Positions 26,552 through 29,679 of a stretch of 29,679 nucleotides of DNA are shown here, one piece after another; position 1 is the first letter of the stretch; each line of letters starts with the position of its first letter. Source of the stretch: an archaeon (lineage in GTDB: Archaea; Asgardarchaeota; Thorarchaeia; Thorarchaeales; Thorarchaeaceae). A program made the translations under genes and the position numbers. The notes below the pieces were generated by a model. The model was not told where the DNA came from and did no database searches. It saw only the letters and a program-made list of their open reading frames with translations. Location of the stretch: assembly GCA_024276825.1 (NCBI GenBank), contig JAJRWI010000039.1, positions 1 to 29,679 on the forward strand. Reading direction: 5' to 3'.

Positions 26552-27520
26552 TTGGGCAAGACAATCTCATTCATTGGAAATCCAGGCACAGGAAAGACCA
26601 CTTTTCTGGTGGCATCTATACATAGGTTATCGGAGATTGGTTGGATTAAGATCAATTTGAAAAAGCTTCCAAAGGATTATGGCCTGTGGGTGGATGCACT
26701 CATCTCTGGTGAAGCAATACCTCCTACTGTTAAAGACTATGAGTACCCCTTGGAGTTTAACAGAACAGTAACCTACAAGGGATCTACAATCAAACTTGGT
26801 AGGTTCTTTGGAGTAACTATGAAGGTTAGAGACCTTCGTGGTGAAGACTATCGGCGAACAACAAAGGCATTCAAAGATTCTGTGAGCGGCGCTTCTGCAG
26901 TGCTTGTGACAATTGATGCCTCAAGATCAATAGATTTGGGCGAGGCACTCGGTGGACAGATTCAGCCTCTAATTGATGGAATTAGGTATATGGTTGAGAC
27001 CCAGAGCTCGTTAAAATACATTGGCCTAATCTTCACCAAGCGTTCATTCCATAATCATACAATATCAGACATAAGGGAGTGGGTCCACATTCCGCTGGGC
27101 CCGATAATTCGTTATCTTAAAGAGGAAGAAATTGAGTTCAGAGTTTTGGAAGTGGACAGCAGAGGGGCAGAGAACAAATTCAATCCATGGGGAATAGAGG
27201 CAGTGTACTATGATGTACTCTCCACATTAGGCAAAGTCACTGGTACAAAGATCGATGTGACGATGGACCCAGATAACATCTGGATTGACACCAGTATTAC
27301 GCCCCCAATTGACGCGAAACCACAGACCCCAGAACCACAGACCGAAGAGCAAGCTCCTGTCTACAAGCTGGGGTATAGGGTGAAGCAAAAGAAGTCACCA
27401 AAACCAAAGCCAAAAGAGGGTGGACAGGTTGGGGTAATGTATCTGGTCATCTGTCCATCATGTGGATACAAGAACCCTCAAGGACTCACTAAATGCAAGA
27501 ATTGTGGTGGGCCTCTATAA
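26552..27520 (+). CDS. TRAFAC-clade GTPase (paralogue B) with Pro/Lys-rich linker and C-terminal zinc ribbon
   Basis: G1 GNPGTGKT, G2 PPT, G3 DLRG, G4-like TKRS and DSRG. Tail PPIDAKPQTPEPQT...KQKKSPKPKPK...CPSC-X10-CKNC. TTG start with a GGGGTG SD. Confidence 0.8.
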   Translation: MGKTISFIGNPGTGKTTFLVASIHRLSEIGWIKINLKKLPKDYGLWVDALISGEAIPPTVKDYEYPLEFNRTVTYKGSTIKLGRFFGVTMKVRDLRGEDYRRTTKAFKDSVSGASAVLVTIDASRSIDLGEALGGQIQPLIDGIRYMVETQSSLKYIGLIFTKRSFHNHTISDIREWVHIPLGPIIRYLKEEEIEFRVLEVDSRGAENKFNPWGIEAVYYDVLSTLGKVTGTKIDVTMDPDNIWIDTSITPPIDAKPQTPEPQTEEQAPVYKLGYRVKQKKSPKPKPKEGGQVGVMYLVICPSCGYKNPQGLTKCKNCGGPL

Positions 27521-27584
27521 TTGCCTGTCAATGGCAGAAAAGAGCTTCTTTTATTATCAACATGTGAAATCCAGGTTTGATAAT

Positions 27585-29558
27585 ATGGCCGAATTCAATC
27601 TGGTATCGCCCTTTGAGCCGACAGGAGATCAGCCGCAGGCAATAGAGAAACTTGTTGAAGGCCTAAGGAGCGGTCTCAATCATCAGACATTGTTGGGTGT
27701 CACAGGTTCAGGAAAGACCTTCACAATGGCCAATGTGATAGCCAGATATGGTCGTCCAACACTCGTGATCTCTCATAACAAGACACTTGCAGCACAACTG
27801 ACCTCCGAATACAGTCAGTTCTTTCCTGATAATGCAGTCCATTACTATGTTTCCCATTTTGACTATTATCAGCCTGAGGCATATCTACCAAGCAAGGACA
27901 TGTATATCGAGAAGGAGGTTGACATCAATGCAGAAATTGAGCGCCTTCGACAAGCAGCAACACATGCCCTGATGACCCGTGAGGATGTAATCATTGTTGC
28001 ATCAGTCTCATGCATCTATGGGATTGGCGATCCCGAGGAGTACGATGCGCTCACATTGATTCTGCATGTGGGCCAAAGGATAGAACGTAGGGAACTCTTA
28101 GAGAAATTGGTCGCAATGCAATATGATAGGAATGACATGGAGATCAAGCCTGGCATCTTTCGCGTCCGTGGTGATGTTATTGACATCCATCCAGCATACT
28201 CAATGAACTCGGTCAGAGTTGAACTTGATGGAGAGGTGGTAGACAGAATATCAACACTGCAGCCCTTGACAAACAGACGCCTTTTCGATGAGCAATGGAT
28301 TACTATCAGTCCTGCAAGACATCATGTTGCCAGGCATGAAAAGATCCTCAGGGCACTGGAAACCATTGAACAGGAACTTAGGGAAAGGATCGAATGGTTC
28401 AGGAGGCAGGGAAAGCTTGTTGAGGCTGATCGTTTGAAACGTAGGACACTATATGATCTGGAGATGCTCCGTGAAACTGGCTATTGCAAGGGAATAGAAA
28501 ATTATTCACGCCATATTGATGGTCGGGCGCCGGGTCAGCCGCCATTCACTCTAATGGACTTCTTTCCAGATGACTTTCTCATGATTATTGATGAGAGTCA
28601 CATGACAATCCCACAGATTCGCGGAATGTACCATGGGGACCGTGCGAGAAAGGAGAACTTGGTGGAGTACGGATTTAGACTACCTTCGGCTTTTGACAAT
28701 CGGCCATTGACATTTGATGAGTTTCAGAATTATATGCGTCATGTGATATATACAAGTGCCACACCTGGACCATGGGAGAAGAGTGTGAGCAAGCAGATTG
28801 TTGAACAGCTCATCAGGCCCACGGGACTGGTTGATCCAGAGATAGTCATACGACCCGTTAATAACCAGGTAGATGATCTTCTGGTGGAGATTCAGAAAAC
28901 CGTGAAGAGTGGGGACAGAGTGCTTGTGACTACGCTTACAAAGAAAATGGCTGAGATGCTTGCTGAGTTCTTGGTTGATTCGGGGCTGAGGGCACGCTAT
29001 CTACATTCAGACATCGGAACAGTTGAGAGAATTGAGATAATAAGAGAATTGAGACTTGGAAAGTTTGATGTCCTTGTGGGTATTAACCTGTTGAGAGAAG
29101 GGCTTGACATTCCAGAAGTGGCCCTAGTGGCTATTTTGGATGCTGATAAAGAGGGCTTCCTACGTTCCGAGTGGTCATTGATTCAGACCATGGGTCGTGC
29201 TGCTAGAAATGTCAGAGGTCGAGTGATTCTGTATGCAGACCATATCTCTCAAGCCATGGAAGCCGCAATAAACGAAGTCAACAGGCGACGACGTTATCAG
29301 TTGAGTTACAACGAGGAGCATGGAATAACTCCTCGATCCATTGAGAAGACGATTCAGGATATTGCCCAGAGCATGCATCGAGAAGTAGAGCAGGCAAAAC
29401 TGGATGATTTTGGTCTTGAGGACTGGACTGACATTGCTGAGCGAATTGTTGAACTTGAGGCCTTAATGAAAGAGGCTGCGAATAATCTTGAGTTTGAGAG
29501 GGCTGCTGCTTTACGTGATGAGATAGTTGAGTTAAGGAGTAGATTGCCAGATGAGTAG
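27585..29558 (+). CDS. uvrB: Excinuclease ABC subunit B
   Basis: PTGDQPQAI, GVTGSGKT, HNKTLAAQL, DYYQPEAY, DESH, GFRLPSA.DNRPL, GINLLREGLD, QTMGRAARN and a C-terminal UVR domain (LEFERAAALRD). Start moved to ATG 27585 because the 27462 extension overlaps the upstream gene. Confidence 0.96.
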   Translation: MAEFNLVSPFEPTGDQPQAIEKLVEGLRSGLNHQTLLGVTGSGKTFTMANVIARYGRPTLVISHNKTLAAQLTSEYSQFFPDNAVHYYVSHFDYYQPEAYLPSKDMYIEKEVDINAEIERLRQAATHALMTREDVIIVASVSCIYGIGDPEEYDALTLILHVGQRIERRELLEKLVAMQYDRNDMEIKPGIFRVRGDVIDIHPAYSMNSVRVELDGEVVDRISTLQPLTNRRLFDEQWITISPARHHVARHEKILRALETIEQELRERIEWFRRQGKLVEADRLKRRTLYDLEMLRETGYCKGIENYSRHIDGRAPGQPPFTLMDFFPDDFLMIIDESHMTIPQIRGMYHGDRARKENLVEYGFRLPSAFDNRPLTFDEFQNYMRHVIYTSATPGPWEKSVSKQIVEQLIRPTGLVDPEIVIRPVNNQVDDLLVEIQKTVKSGDRVLVTTLTKKMAEMLAEFLVDSGLRARYLHSDIGTVERIEIIRELRLGKFDVLVGINLLREGLDIPEVALVAILDADKEGFLRSEWSLIQTMGRAARNVRGRVILYADHISQAMEAAINEVNRRRRYQLSYNEEHGITPRSIEKTIQDIAQSMHREVEQAKLDDFGLEDWTDIAERIVELEALMKEAANNLEFERAAALRDEIVELRSRLPDE

Positions 29559-29679
29559 TTTTGAAGACATGGTTATTGCGAAGAATTCTTAACCAAGTTG
29601 GGATGTTATTCTACTATCTTTGTTTAATGCAGTTCCGGGAGGGCTCAGTGGAGATTAGATTGAGCCGATTTCCGGTGTG

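Noticed and set aside
27462-27584. N-terminal extension of UvrB
   Set aside because: It overlaps the zinc-ribbon end of GTPase B. UvrB similarity begins at MAEFNLVSPF (27585), which has a TATA-like TTTTATTA about 28 nt upstream.

Overview
This is an archaeal chromosomal window: it has a group II chaperonin, BRE/TATA-like promoters and GGTG/GGAG-type Shine-Dalgarno (SD) sites. The gene style and multiple small-GTPase-fold genes suggest an Asgard archaeon such as Thorarchaeia, which is an inference only. The left part is a minus-strand central-metabolism operon (korA-korB-fumC-sdhA-sdhB, with sdhB truncated by the window edge). It is followed by a divergent pair: an apparently inactive tandem M48-like membrane protein and the thermosome, separated by a conspicuous repeat/palindrome array. 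The middle holds redox and housekeeping genes (COG4028-type P-loop NTPase, TrxB, DUF1028, TrxR-type ferredoxin-NADP reductase). It also holds an exported prenyltransferase-repeat protein, a degenerate HerA/FtsK-like protein, an AbrB-ACT regulator, a Cys-less AsnB homologue, a MoaD/ThiS/SAMP ubiquitin-like protein, a fucose-isomerase-like protein and an AAA+ ATPase. The most striking element is at 23.9-27.5 kb: three paralogous TRAFAC-type GTPase-fold genes (two with intact P-loops but non-canonical G4, one pseudo-GTPase) around a GAP1-N2/DENN-like partner, with two of the GTPases divergent across a spacer carrying an operator-like repeat. uvrB closes the window. I saw no tRNA, rRNA, CRISPR array or transposase. 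All family assignments come from motif recognition by eye, not database searches.
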